A stretch of 63,432 nucleotides of DNA, filler included, from a bacterium (lineage in GTDB: Bacteria > JAJRZV01): NCBI GenBank assembly GCA_024275095.1. It is 9 parts of 9 records of this genome, joined end to end, with 100 filler letters (N's around TTAATTAATTAA, not from the genome) between each part and the next. Parts side by side here need not be neighbours in the genome. Positions count along the whole stretch, not along the records: positions 34,257 to 50,667 come from JAJRZV010000103.1; positions 50,768 to 61,228 come from JAJRZV010000104.1; 7 more parts are not named here. One strand, 5' to 3'. The notes under the pieces were generated by a model that was given only the letters and a program-made list of their open reading frames with translations, made no database searches and was not told the DNA's origin. A program made the position numbers and the translations under genes. How positions within the stretch are numbered: position 1 is the first letter of the stretch; each line of letters begins with the position of its first letter. Below are positions 48,369 through 57,038 of this stretch, in pieces.

Positions 48369-48718
48369 TGCGGCTGTTTAAGGGCATACTTGCTGGAATT
48401 GTTGTGGCATTTTTTATGCTTTTTGTGCTTCAGAACAGTGATGTGTTGCTGGGAGATGTCACATTTCAGTTAAGTTTGTTTAATTTGAAGTATAAAACCA
48501 TACCGTTTCCGCTTGGCGGATACTTCATTGCTTTCTTTCTCGCGGGATACCTGCTGGCATTTTTGATTACTTTTTCAGAGCGTATGCGCGTGATAAGAGA
48601 GAAAAGGCGGATCAGGTTGGAGACGAAGGTGTTGGAGAAGAGAGAAAAAAAGGAGAAAGAATCCGAATCCTCCTCTGGTACGGTAAGTGTAACCACTGTT
48701 AGAAAATTTCATGGTTAA
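48368..48718 (+). CDS. LapA-family membrane protein
   Basis: TM followed by FVLQN, a second TM and a basic tail; typical position after the HIT gene. Confidence 0.65.
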   Translation: MRLFKGILAGIVVAFFMLFVLQNSDVLLGDVTFQLSLFNLKYKTIPFPLGGYFIAFFLAGYLLAFLITFSERMRVIREKRRIRLETKVLEKREKKEKESESSSGTVSVTTVRKFHG

Positions 48719-49070
48719 AACCCTATTGATTGTTGCGAATTTTATTGCTCTGTGTAACTTTCACGATGGGGAAACATTGAGTATTGTGGATGCTGTTATC
48801 AGGCTGAAGGGCTGCATTGCAAACCCCTCTATTTCAGTGCCTGAAAAGAACAGAATCCGTCTTCTTTTGGGAGATGTATATTTTATCGTGGGAAATTACC
48901 GTGAAGCAGAAAAAATGTACACACAGGTTTTTAAAAGCTCTAAAACAACCCTTGTTTTTTGTGAGGCAGCAAAACGGTTGGTGAACTTTTATGGGTTCGC
49001 AGGGACAGATGATAATATTTTAAACGTGAAGAAACAAACAGGTAAACGTTACAGGTACTGTCTGCCGTAA
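48711..49070 (+). CDS. Small TPR-containing protein
   Basis: LLLGDVYFIVGNYREAEKMY is a TPR motif. Confidence 0.55.
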   Translation: MVKTLLIVANFIALCNFHDGETLSIVDAVIRLKGCIANPSISVPEKNRIRLLLGDVYFIVGNYREAEKMYTQVFKSSKTTLVFCEAAKRLVNFYGFAGTDDNILNVKKQTGKRYRYCLP

Positions 49071-49093
49071 CAACCGTAAATAAAGTTATTTGT

Positions 49094-50302
49094 TCAGTAA
49101 GGGAATCTTTTTTGTTTCAGTTCTTCAGTGAAATCTTTGAGTTCGTTAAGGTCAGATAAAAACACTTCCACAAGATAGGGATCAAGTTGGCTGCCGGATG
49201 AATTGGAAAGCTCTTTGACAGCCTTTTCAAAGGATAGAGGTTTTCGATAATGGCGGGAACCGGTAATGGCATCGTATACATCTGCAACGCTGACAATCCT
49301 GGCATTCAATGGTATTTCTTCGCCCATATACATTCCGGGATAGCCTGTCCCATCGTAGCGTTCGTGATGAAATTTAATCATTGGTATGGCAGGAACGAGG
49401 AAATCGAAGTCCCGAACAAATTGCTCGCCGAGTACAGGGTGGAGCTTTAAGATTTCATATTCTCGCTTGGTGAGTTTCCCGTGTTTTTTCACAATATCCA
49501 TCATCGCCAGTTTCCCCACATCGTGCAGCCGGGAGCCGTGATGGATGATTTTTTTCTTTTCCTCTGACATTTTTAACTTATCGGCCAGGTAAAGTGAGTA
49601 CCGGTTAACTCTGTGGGAATGACCACGGAACACCGGATTGAGTGCTTCGGATACGTCAATCAGTTTTTGGATCATGTTGTAATACTGTTGCTCCTGCTGA
49701 AGTTTCGTCTTCAGCAGGTGGAGCAGGGGTGAGAGAGTGCTGGCAAAAACCTGAAGTATGTTGAGATAAATGGTGGGAAGTGTATCTGCTGTTGCTGTCA
49801 ACACCCCGAGCACGGTGTCGCCAGAGATGAGGGGTATGGCAATAAAAGATTTGTTCCTGTATTCAGAGGTGTTCTGAAGCCAGTTCATGAATCGTGGGTC
49901 AGAGCCTGCGCGTTCTGTAAACAGGGTCTTTTTAAACAGAAAGGCCCGTCCGGAAATGCCTTCTCCGGGATGAAACACCGCTTTCTTTTTTCGTGGAGTA
50001 AGGCCTGCGGCAGCAAAAACTGTAAGCCCTCCCTTTTCTTCTTCGTATAGCAATACCGCTATTTCGTCAAGTTTGAGGCGTTTTTTCAGAAGGCCCAGAA
50101 CTTTGGCTGTGGATGCCTGAAGATCTCTGCCGCTGATGAGTTTTTGAATAACATTTGATTGCAACTTGAGAGTTGAGGAGAGAGTATCTATAAGATTTCT
50201 GAGCTTTTCATTTTCGATAGTTTTATAAAGAAGCTCCTCGGATTCAAAATTTGTGAACCCCCTATCCTCCCCCACCATTTCTACTACCTTTTTCACGTTC
50301 AT
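49094..50302 (-). CDS. GAF plus HD-GYP domain phosphodiesterase (c-di-GMP)
   Basis: GAF (PGEGISG...IPLI...LGVL); GHSHRV, LHDVGK, HHERYDGTGYP and VADVYDA. Confidence 0.92.
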   Translation of the reverse strand: MNVKKVVEMVGEDRGFTNFESEELLYKTIENEKLRNLIDTLSSTLKLQSNVIQKLISGRDLQASTAKVLGLLKKRLKLDEIAVLLYEEEKGGLTVFAAAGLTPRKKKAVFHPGEGISGRAFLFKKTLFTERAGSDPRFMNWLQNTSEYRNKSFIAIPLISGDTVLGVLTATADTLPTIYLNILQVFASTLSPLLHLLKTKLQQEQQYYNMIQKLIDVSEALNPVFRGHSHRVNRYSLYLADKLKMSEEKKKIIHHGSRLHDVGKLAMMDIVKKHGKLTKREYEILKLHPVLGEQFVRDFDFLVPAIPMIKFHHERYDGTGYPGMYMGEEIPLNARIVSVADVYDAITGSRHYRKPLSFEKAVKELSNSSGSQLDPYLVEVFLSDLNELKDFTEELKQKRFPY

Positions 50303-50351
50303 TTCATTTTATACCCCTGCGAATATAAAATCAAATTTGAACCCCCACATC

Positions 50352-50443
50352 CGGGGTCTGGTCTCAACATTGAACATTCGGGGTTTAGCGGGGGGTGGAT
50401 TCGTGTTACAGGGTCTGTTACAGGGTGTTACGGGGTCAGGTCT
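50352..50443. repeat. Cluster of REP-like repeats related to the 21800/22109 inverted repeats
   Basis: 50352-50378 matches the 27-mer at 24/27 positions and 50431-50443 is CGGGGTCAGGTCT. Three tandem TGTTAC(A/G)GGGT units lie at about 50404-50436. Confidence 0.7.
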
Positions 50444-50667
50444 GGTTTAAGAAAGTCAAGCCCTAATATATAAAAACGTAAGCGTCTATAAGAAGCTACT
50501 CACATGGGGCACCTCCCAAGATTAAAGATTTGGTGAGAAAAAGGCGCGCGTGGCACGTGTGATTGGTGCATGCCGAAAAGTAGGGCTCGGGCAGGCGGGA
50601 AATATAAGGTGCGCGTGCTGCCTTCACGCCGAAAAGAATCAGGGATAGGGTGGGTGGGAAATATAAA

Positions 50668-50767
50668 NNNNNNNNNNNNNNNNNNNNNNNNNNNNNNNNN
50701 NNNNNNNNNNNTTAATTAATTAANNNNNNNNNNNNNNNNNNNNNNNNNNNNNNNNNNNNNNNNNNNN
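50668..50767. other. Artificial contig linker
   Basis: N/TTAATTAATTAA/N. Confidence 0.98.
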
Positions 50768-51523
50768 CAGGCCATAGAACGCATCTTTCCGGCAATCAGA
50801 AAGTATCCTATCGCAAGAGCCATGGCAGGAGTACGCATAACACTCTATCAGTGGGGCCCCAACGAGGATGCGCTGTCACGGGAACATCGGATTTACGATC
50901 ACGGCAAAGAAGGAGGACCTGAGGGTCTTTACACCATTGCAGGCGGCAAGCTCGCCAGTTACCGTCTCATGTCCGAAGAAATGGGAGATGTCATAGCGGC
51001 ACGTCTGGGAGTAAAAGAAAAAAGCACAACTCATGTAGATCCCCTTCCCGGGGGTGAGCGAGAGTTAGAACCTGCTGAGATCGCTGTTCAGTATCGTATT
51101 CACCCCTACTATGCAGCACGTCTTTACCGCAAATATGGAACGCGTGCACTGGAGATATTAGACATGATGGAACAGGAACCTTCCCTGAAAGAAATCGTTT
51201 GTCGGTGTGAACCAGTAACAGCAGCAGAAATTGTATTTGCTGTAAAAGAGGAGTTCGCCAGAACGCTACCTGACGTGAGAAGACGAACGCGCTTGGGCAC
51301 AGGGGCATGCCAGGGTCGCCGCTGTGGACTGCGCGGTGCTCAAATTCTCGCTCAGGCATTGAACCTTGATGATAGTGCAGCACTGGACGTCTACAGAGAC
51401 TTTGTCCGGGAACGCTGGAAAGGTATAAAACCGGTGATTACAAAAACAAAAAACATCACGGGTATTGCTCATCTCTTTAACACAAATGCGTTTTCCCGTG
51501 TGAGAAGGCCATGGGACGTGTAA
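50768..51523 (+). CDS. glpA: FAD-dependent glycerol-3-phosphate dehydrogenase GlpA-like, 5' truncated, with a C-terminal BFD-like [2Fe-2S] motif
   Basis: AGVR, GGKLASYRLMSE, VCRCEPVT and RRRTRLGTGACQGRRC. Confidence 0.85.
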   Translation, partial: QAIERIFPAIRKYPIARAMAGVRITLYQWGPNEDALSREHRIYDHGKEGGPEGLYTIAGGKLASYRLMSEEMGDVIAARLGVKEKSTTHVDPLPGGERELEPAEIAVQYRIHPYYAARLYRKYGTRALEILDMMEQEPSLKEIVCRCEPVTAAEIVFAVKEEFARTLPDVRRRTRLGTGACQGRRCGLRGAQILAQALNLDDSAALDVYRDFVRERWKGIKPVITKTKNITGIAHLFNTNAFSRVRRPWDV

Positions 51524-52605
51524 AAGTATATGGATCCGGCACGGCGGGTTTATTCGCCGCTTACACAGCCGCTTCACTTGGTGCAGAGGTGGAAGTTTTC
51601 ACACATTCTGGTGGTTCCTCATTGTTTTTCACCGGAGCGATGTTGCCTCCGGCAAGCAATCCACGTAATTTGTGGCCTTCCTGGCTGCAGAAAGAAATGA
51701 GCTCAAACTTTATGGACGCGCTGGAGCTCCTCGGTCAAACGGGATTGAGATATGCTGGTGATCCCGAAAAGGCAGAGACATACCTGAAATCAGACGGGGG
51801 CACCCTTCTGGCTTACTTCGTTCTTGAATCAATGCGAGGAGCAAATCTTGAACACATTTCATCCGTGCGGGCTGTAATGGTGAAATTTCAAAATGAACCC
51901 TTCGTAAAAGCACCTTCCCTCAATGCCGACATCCGCGTTCTCCACATCAATAGCAATGTTCATCCTATGAAGATTGCGCGTGATGTAGAGGAAAAGGGTG
52001 TAGAAGTACTTTCATCACTCATCCCCTTAAATGAAGTGGATAACTGCGATGTAATACTCATTGAACCGTGCGCGGGATTGCGCTCTACCTCACAGGTCAT
52101 GCAGGCCCTCCGAGAAAAACTTGGCAAAGAAGTGTGGGAAGTACCTTCTCCTGGAAGCAATGTGCCCGGCCAGCGGGTACTGGAACACCTGAAACAGGCA
52201 TTCGACAATTTGCCCGTGACTTTTAAAGAAGGAAATTTTTTAACTGAAATACCCGAAGGAAACGGGGCTTCTGTCGTTTTAGCCACCGGTTTCGCGTGGT
52301 TATTTGATACCAAGAGCAACGCTTTTGCCATAACCCTGGAAGGTCCTGTACGCGAAATTTTAAGCCCTGATGCATTCCATCAGCGCACTCTTTTTAACGA
52401 TTCGCCGTGGGCACAGCACGAAGCGTATTCAGTGCACGTTCTCATTGATGAAAAGATGCGGTTGCTCTCTCTTGAAAGGGAACCACTCCATCAGGGGCGC
52501 CTTTTTGCATGCGGTTCCCTGGTTACCGGACTTGAAGGAGGAATGGCTGCAACGCTGGTATCTGCATACATTGCAGGGCGGGAAGCCGCTCGAACTTCTT
52601 TATAA
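51511..52605 (+). CDS. Anaerobic glycerol-3-phosphate dehydrogenase subunit B-like flavoprotein (divergent)
   Basis: YGSGTAG FAD motif, EVPSPGSNVPGQR, VVLATG and LFACGS; follows glpA. Confidence 0.65.
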   Translation: MGRVKVYGSGTAGLFAAYTAASLGAEVEVFTHSGGSSLFFTGAMLPPASNPRNLWPSWLQKEMSSNFMDALELLGQTGLRYAGDPEKAETYLKSDGGTLLAYFVLESMRGANLEHISSVRAVMVKFQNEPFVKAPSLNADIRVLHINSNVHPMKIARDVEEKGVEVLSSLIPLNEVDNCDVILIEPCAGLRSTSQVMQALREKLGKEVWEVPSPGSNVPGQRVLEHLKQAFDNLPVTFKEGNFLTEIPEGNGASVVLATGFAWLFDTKSNAFAITLEGPVREILSPDAFHQRTLFNDSPWAQHEAYSVHVLIDEKMRLLSLEREPLHQGRLFACGSLVTGLEGGMAATLVSAYIAGREAARTSL

Positions 52606-52610
52606 ACCGG

Positions 52611-53888
52611 ATGCAGGGACTCCTCGTCACATATTTCTTTTATCCCTTGGGCGGGGGAGCTACAAGACGTGTGCATGCGCTGGTGAAATACGCTCGTGAG
52701 GAAGATGTATTTTTTCAGGTATTGACGGTAAAACCACAGTATTATCCTTCTGTATATCAGGCTGCATCCCGAGAAGAAGCTCCACTCCCGGAAGGACACA
52801 TACACCGGACAAAAGCACTGGAGCCTCCGCGAGAGGGATTTCGTGATGTTGTTTACACAGTAAAGCAAACAGGCGGCTTGAAACAACTTGTTCTAAAAAT
52901 TGCACGCACCGTGTATCGCCATGCCATCGTACCCGATCAATTTATCACATGGTTGCCTTACGGTCTCAGGGGGGTAAAAGAGATAAAAAAATCAGGCAGA
53001 CGTTTCGATTTTATTCTTTCATCAGGGCCACCCTTTACCGCCCATCTCATTGCTCTTGCAGCGCACAGGCGGTTCAAAGCCCCCTTACTACTTGACTACC
53101 GGGACCTGTGGAATGGAAGTCGTTATTACGCAAGGCCGTTTCCCGCTTCTTTCGTCAACAAAAATTTAGAGAAAAAAGTGCTTTCCAGTGCACGTTTTAT
53201 CGCTGTAACCACCTCCAGAGCAAAACAGCGCCTGCTGCAGGAATTTCCTTTTATTGATCCGTCATTGGTACAGGTGGTCCCCAATGGATTTGATTTTGAC
53301 CCCCTACCCTTTCAGTCGCCTTCCCAAGGCCCTTTTACGTTTCTTCATCTGGGCAGCCTTACACCGGAGAGAAACCCTGCGACATTTCTTTCAGCTATTA
53401 AAAAACTGATAGAGGAAGGCTTTTTAAAAAAAGATGTGAAGATCATTTTTCAGGGCTACGTTCACGAGGTCTGCCGAGATAGTATAGAGTCGTCCGGGCT
53501 TGGCAGGATGGTAGAAATACGCCCGGACGAACCTTACAACCTGGCTGTCAGGCGCCTTCAGGAAGCCCATGTACTCATTGTTCTACAATCGTTGGCCAAT
53601 GGGGGAGACACAGCCATACCCGGTAAGTTCTACGATTACCTGGCGGCACGCCGTCCCGTACTGGTACTCGACGAAGAAGGCGCTACATCTGAAGCTGCAA
53701 GAGAGTTAGGAATTCAATCAGTAGCTCACATATTCAATGAAAGAGAAATCCTGGAAAAAGTAAAAGATATTATCCTCCGGTATGAAAAACATCTGGAAAC
53801 TGCCAACCGCTCCACGGATGCACTCATGCGCTTTCACCGACGGGAAATATTCCGCTCATTTTTCAATCAATTAAAATCAACCCTCTGA
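52611..53888 (+). CDS. Glycosyltransferase family 4
   Basis: SSGPPF, DYRDLW, VPNGFD and PGKFYDYLAARRPVL. Confidence 0.88.
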   Translation: MQGLLVTYFFYPLGGGATRRVHALVKYAREEDVFFQVLTVKPQYYPSVYQAASREEAPLPEGHIHRTKALEPPREGFRDVVYTVKQTGGLKQLVLKIARTVYRHAIVPDQFITWLPYGLRGVKEIKKSGRRFDFILSSGPPFTAHLIALAAHRRFKAPLLLDYRDLWNGSRYYARPFPASFVNKNLEKKVLSSARFIAVTTSRAKQRLLQEFPFIDPSLVQVVPNGFDFDPLPFQSPSQGPFTFLHLGSLTPERNPATFLSAIKKLIEEGFLKKDVKIIFQGYVHEVCRDSIESSGLGRMVEIRPDEPYNLAVRRLQEAHVLIVLQSLANGGDTAIPGKFYDYLAARRPVLVLDEEGATSEAARELGIQSVAHIFNEREILEKVKDIILRYEKHLETANRSTDALMRFHRREIFRSFFNQLKSTL

Positions 53889-53891
53889 TGT

Positions 53892-56800
53892 ATGACGTAT
53901 TCTGACACCAGCACGGGTATAATAAACACCCACACCATGTGGAGCAGACAAAAAGACTTATTAAAGCGTGCAGTACTGGTTACCGCCTCAGCGGGTGCAG
54001 GCAAAACCGCACAGCTGACGCAGCGGTATATCCACATTTTAAACCACTCGGAAGACCCGGAATACTTCACCTGCATTCTCGCAATTACCTTTACAAATAA
54101 AGCTGCCAAGCAAATGAAAGAACGAATTCTCTCCGAGCTCATCACACGTGCCGTCGAAAACCATGATGAAAAAGCGCTGAAAATTCTTGAATCCATGCTT
54201 CGTAATTCACGTCGGTTTCGTGTAAGCACCATTGACTCTTTTGTGCGTTCCTTATGCCTATCCTCCGCAGCATTCCTCGAGTTCCCTCCTGAATTCGACG
54301 TAGAGCTTAACCCGGATGAAACAATCAACTATGCACTCGATCTCCTATTGTCTGACCGCAGCGAAGTGAAAAGCACCGAGGAAGTAGTGGATACATGTTT
54401 GGAAATGGGAATTACACTGGGACTGAACCCCATCCCTTCACTCAAGCGCACCATTTCACGCCTTATCGTGGATTCTTACAGCAAGGTGGCAAAAGACACA
54501 CACTATGGCAATGCTGTAGAAATAAAAAAAATCCAAGACGCACTGCGTGACGCATTGAAAAAACTCATACAAAGATATGGGCAGTTAAAACCCGAAGAGA
54601 AAGACAATGCTGAAAAGCTTTTACAGTATCTGCAAAATGCCAGTGCACGTCAACTTATCAACGAGAAGGCCTTTAAACCTCTGCAGCGGCGTTCAAAATC
54701 GAAACCGAGAATGATTATTCGCAAAAACGACGGGGAACTTCAACAGCTTTACGCCGAGGTGACTCACGTTCAGAGAGATTTTGTTGATATTTATTACAGT
54801 AATCTTTCAGGGGTATTTTCTAAATTTGTAAAGAAAACCTTATATCTCTCTCATAAGCATTTGAAACGGAAGGGGCGTGTGCTTCTGGCAGATCTTTATT
54901 TACAACTTCTTGAACATCTGGAGAAAGATGAGGTGCCCACACTTTTTTTCTACTTAGGAGAAAAACTTGAACACTATCTTATAGATGAATTCCAAGATAC
55001 AAATCCTGAACAATGGGCCGTGCTCCAGCCGCTGATAGAAACCGCCATCAGTCAGAATGCACGTGCATCGTTCTTCGCAGTGGGTGACAGGAAACAGGCA
55101 ATCTATCGTTTTCGTGGAGGTGATAGCAGAATTTTCGACCACGTAATCCGTGAATGTTTCCAATCAGAACGAATCCACCACGATACGAACTCGCTGAGAA
55201 CCAATTACCGCAGTCTTCCGGCCATTCTCAATTTTGTGGCTGATGTTTTCCAGCCGACAAATTTAACCACCGGGCTCAGAGAGGTGCTTCTTTCCCAAAA
55301 TAGGGAAAAACCTCTTCTTGAGGAAGTTATCGAAGAGGTACAAAAGCTCTGGGCTTTTGACACCACGGTCAAACAAAAGCCGGCAGAAAAGAACGAGAAG
55401 GCTGAAGGGTTTGTAAAAGTCGAAGACATAGAAAATGCAGAAGATAATCTCGACGAGGTGGTTAAGGAAACACTTTTAAAACGTGTTCATGAGCTTTTAG
55501 CACGAAACTGGGCACTGGCTGATATATCAATACTGGTCAGAGACAATCAGCAGGTACAGAAAGTAACAGGCTGGCTGAAGGACCATGGTATCTCTGTTGC
55601 TTCAGAAATCACATGGGACGTGCGCACACACGCAACAATGCGTGAGATTATTGCATTGTTGCGCTTTCTCAATCATCCGCCTGATGATACTTCATTTGCA
55701 GGATTTATTATGGGAGAGCTTTTTCTCAGCCTTGCAGGGTTAAGACGGGAAGAGGTGGAAGCATTCCTTCAGGAGCACCGCCTTGAAAAGAAGTCCGATG
55801 GAAAACATCTCTACCAGGCATTTCAAAATAAATTTCCTGAGGAATGGGAAACTCACATTGCGCCGTTTTTCCGGATGGTGGGATTTCGTACGCCTTATGA
55901 GCTACTGGTTGCTTTGGCCAAACACTACCGTGAGTTTTTCGAGAAAAGGCCAGAAGACGGCGTGTTCCTCTATCACCTCCTGGAAACGGCTGCAGAGGCT
56001 GAGGCCAATGGTAATACAGGCATGGACGATTTCATGAGATGGCTGGACAGTGCACCGCAGGAAACATTTCTTCTCAAGCTACCAGATTATGGCGATGCTG
56101 TACAGGTACTCACTGTTCACAAAGCCAAGGGACTGGCATTCCCTGTTGTTATTTATCCATTCGGCTATATTACACCCCGTGCACTCCGCCTCCCGGAAGT
56201 GTTTGTGAGCGATGAGGGACACATTATCATGGGACTTTCCAGAGAATCGGCAGCAAAAGGACTAAAGATGAAAACCTTGGTTATAAAAGAAATAGCATCC
56301 AACCTCATCGACGAACTGAATCTTCTCTACGTGGCCTTTACACGGGCTCAATACGAATTACACGTGTTCTGTCTTAAACCAAAGCATTCGCCATGGATAC
56401 CCTTACCCCTGCCCAAAAATCTGCGCAACCTCACGTACGGGGTAGAAAGTAGCTCTTGCGTTACAAAAACTGTTTCACCCGGTGAAGCAGGCGAACTTGT
56501 TATTGCTCCCGTACCATTCGCGGGTGAGGGGCTGCGACGACTCGTCAGACGTCGTGGGGATGTAACCATTGACATAGAAGAACGCCGGAGACTCCAGCGC
56601 GGCAGGCTCATACACCGAGCCCTGGCCTATGTAGAGGTGGTACCAGAACATGCATGGGAAGAAATCATTCACCAGGCAGTGGAGAAAGCAGCTTTTCAGG
56701 AAAAGTTGCACGAATTATCCAGAGAAATTGCGAGAGAACTCATCACTTTTTTTCAGGAACCTGAAAATCGTGCTCTTATTCAGGGTACACCTGTAATGGT

Positions 56801-57038
56801 AGAAGCAGATTTGTGTGACAGTGAAGGCAATATTTACCGACCCGATCGAGTCCAAGAACGCGATGGTATTATGGAAGTTATCGAATTCAAAACAGGGGAA
56901 CATCCATCCGAAGAACATGCAGAGCAGGTGAAAAGTTATATTCATCTTCTGCAGTCGATATTCCAAGAAGCCCGCTTCAGGGGATACGTTGCATATATTG
57001 ACCTTCAACAGGTGGAAACGATACCGTGGCAGAACTAA
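53892..57038 (+). CDS. addA: UvrD-family helicase with a C-terminal PD-(D/E)XK nuclease (AddA/RecB-like)
   Basis: ASAGAGKT, ITFTNKAA, IDEFQDT, VGDRKQAIYRFRG, NYRS, TVHKAKGL, YVAFTRA and RPDR...EFKTG. Confidence 0.9.
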   Translation: MTYSDTSTGIINTHTMWSRQKDLLKRAVLVTASAGAGKTAQLTQRYIHILNHSEDPEYFTCILAITFTNKAAKQMKERILSELITRAVENHDEKALKILESMLRNSRRFRVSTIDSFVRSLCLSSAAFLEFPPEFDVELNPDETINYALDLLLSDRSEVKSTEEVVDTCLEMGITLGLNPIPSLKRTISRLIVDSYSKVAKDTHYGNAVEIKKIQDALRDALKKLIQRYGQLKPEEKDNAEKLLQYLQNASARQLINEKAFKPLQRRSKSKPRMIIRKNDGELQQLYAEVTHVQRDFVDIYYSNLSGVFSKFVKKTLYLSHKHLKRKGRVLLADLYLQLLEHLEKDEVPTLFFYLGEKLEHYLIDEFQDTNPEQWAVLQPLIETAISQNARASFFAVGDRKQAIYRFRGGDSRIFDHVIRECFQSERIHHDTNSLRTNYRSLPAILNFVADVFQPTNLTTGLREVLLSQNREKPLLEEVIEEVQKLWAFDTTVKQKPAEKNEKAEGFVKVEDIENAEDNLDEVVKETLLKRVHELLARNWALADISILVRDNQQVQKVTGWLKDHGISVASEITWDVRTHATMREIIALLRFLNHPPDDTSFAGFIMGELFLSLAGLRREEVEAFLQEHRLEKKSDGKHLYQAFQNKFPEEWETHIAPFFRMVGFRTPYELLVALAKHYREFFEKRPEDGVFLYHLLETAAEAEANGNTGMDDFMRWLDSAPQETFLLKLPDYGDAVQVLTVHKAKGLAFPVVIYPFGYITPRALRLPEVFVSDEGHIIMGLSRESAAKGLKMKTLVIKEIASNLIDELNLLYVAFTRAQYELHVFCLKPKHSPWIPLPLPKNLRNLTYGVESSSCVTKTVSPGEAGELVIAPVPFAGEGLRRLVRRRGDVTIDIEERRRLQRGRLIHRALAYVEVVPEHAWEEIIHQAVEKAAFQEKLHELSREIARELITFFQEPENRALIQGTPVMVEADLCDSEGNIYRPDRVQERDGIMEVIEFKTGEHPSEEHAEQVKSYIHLLQSIFQEARFRGYVAYIDLQQVETIPWQN

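Noticed and set aside
50303-50667. CRISPR array or c-di-GMP riboswitch upstream of the HD-GYP gene
   Set aside because: The repeats are short, degenerate and irregularly spaced, no cas genes are present, and I could not match the GEMM consensus on either strand.
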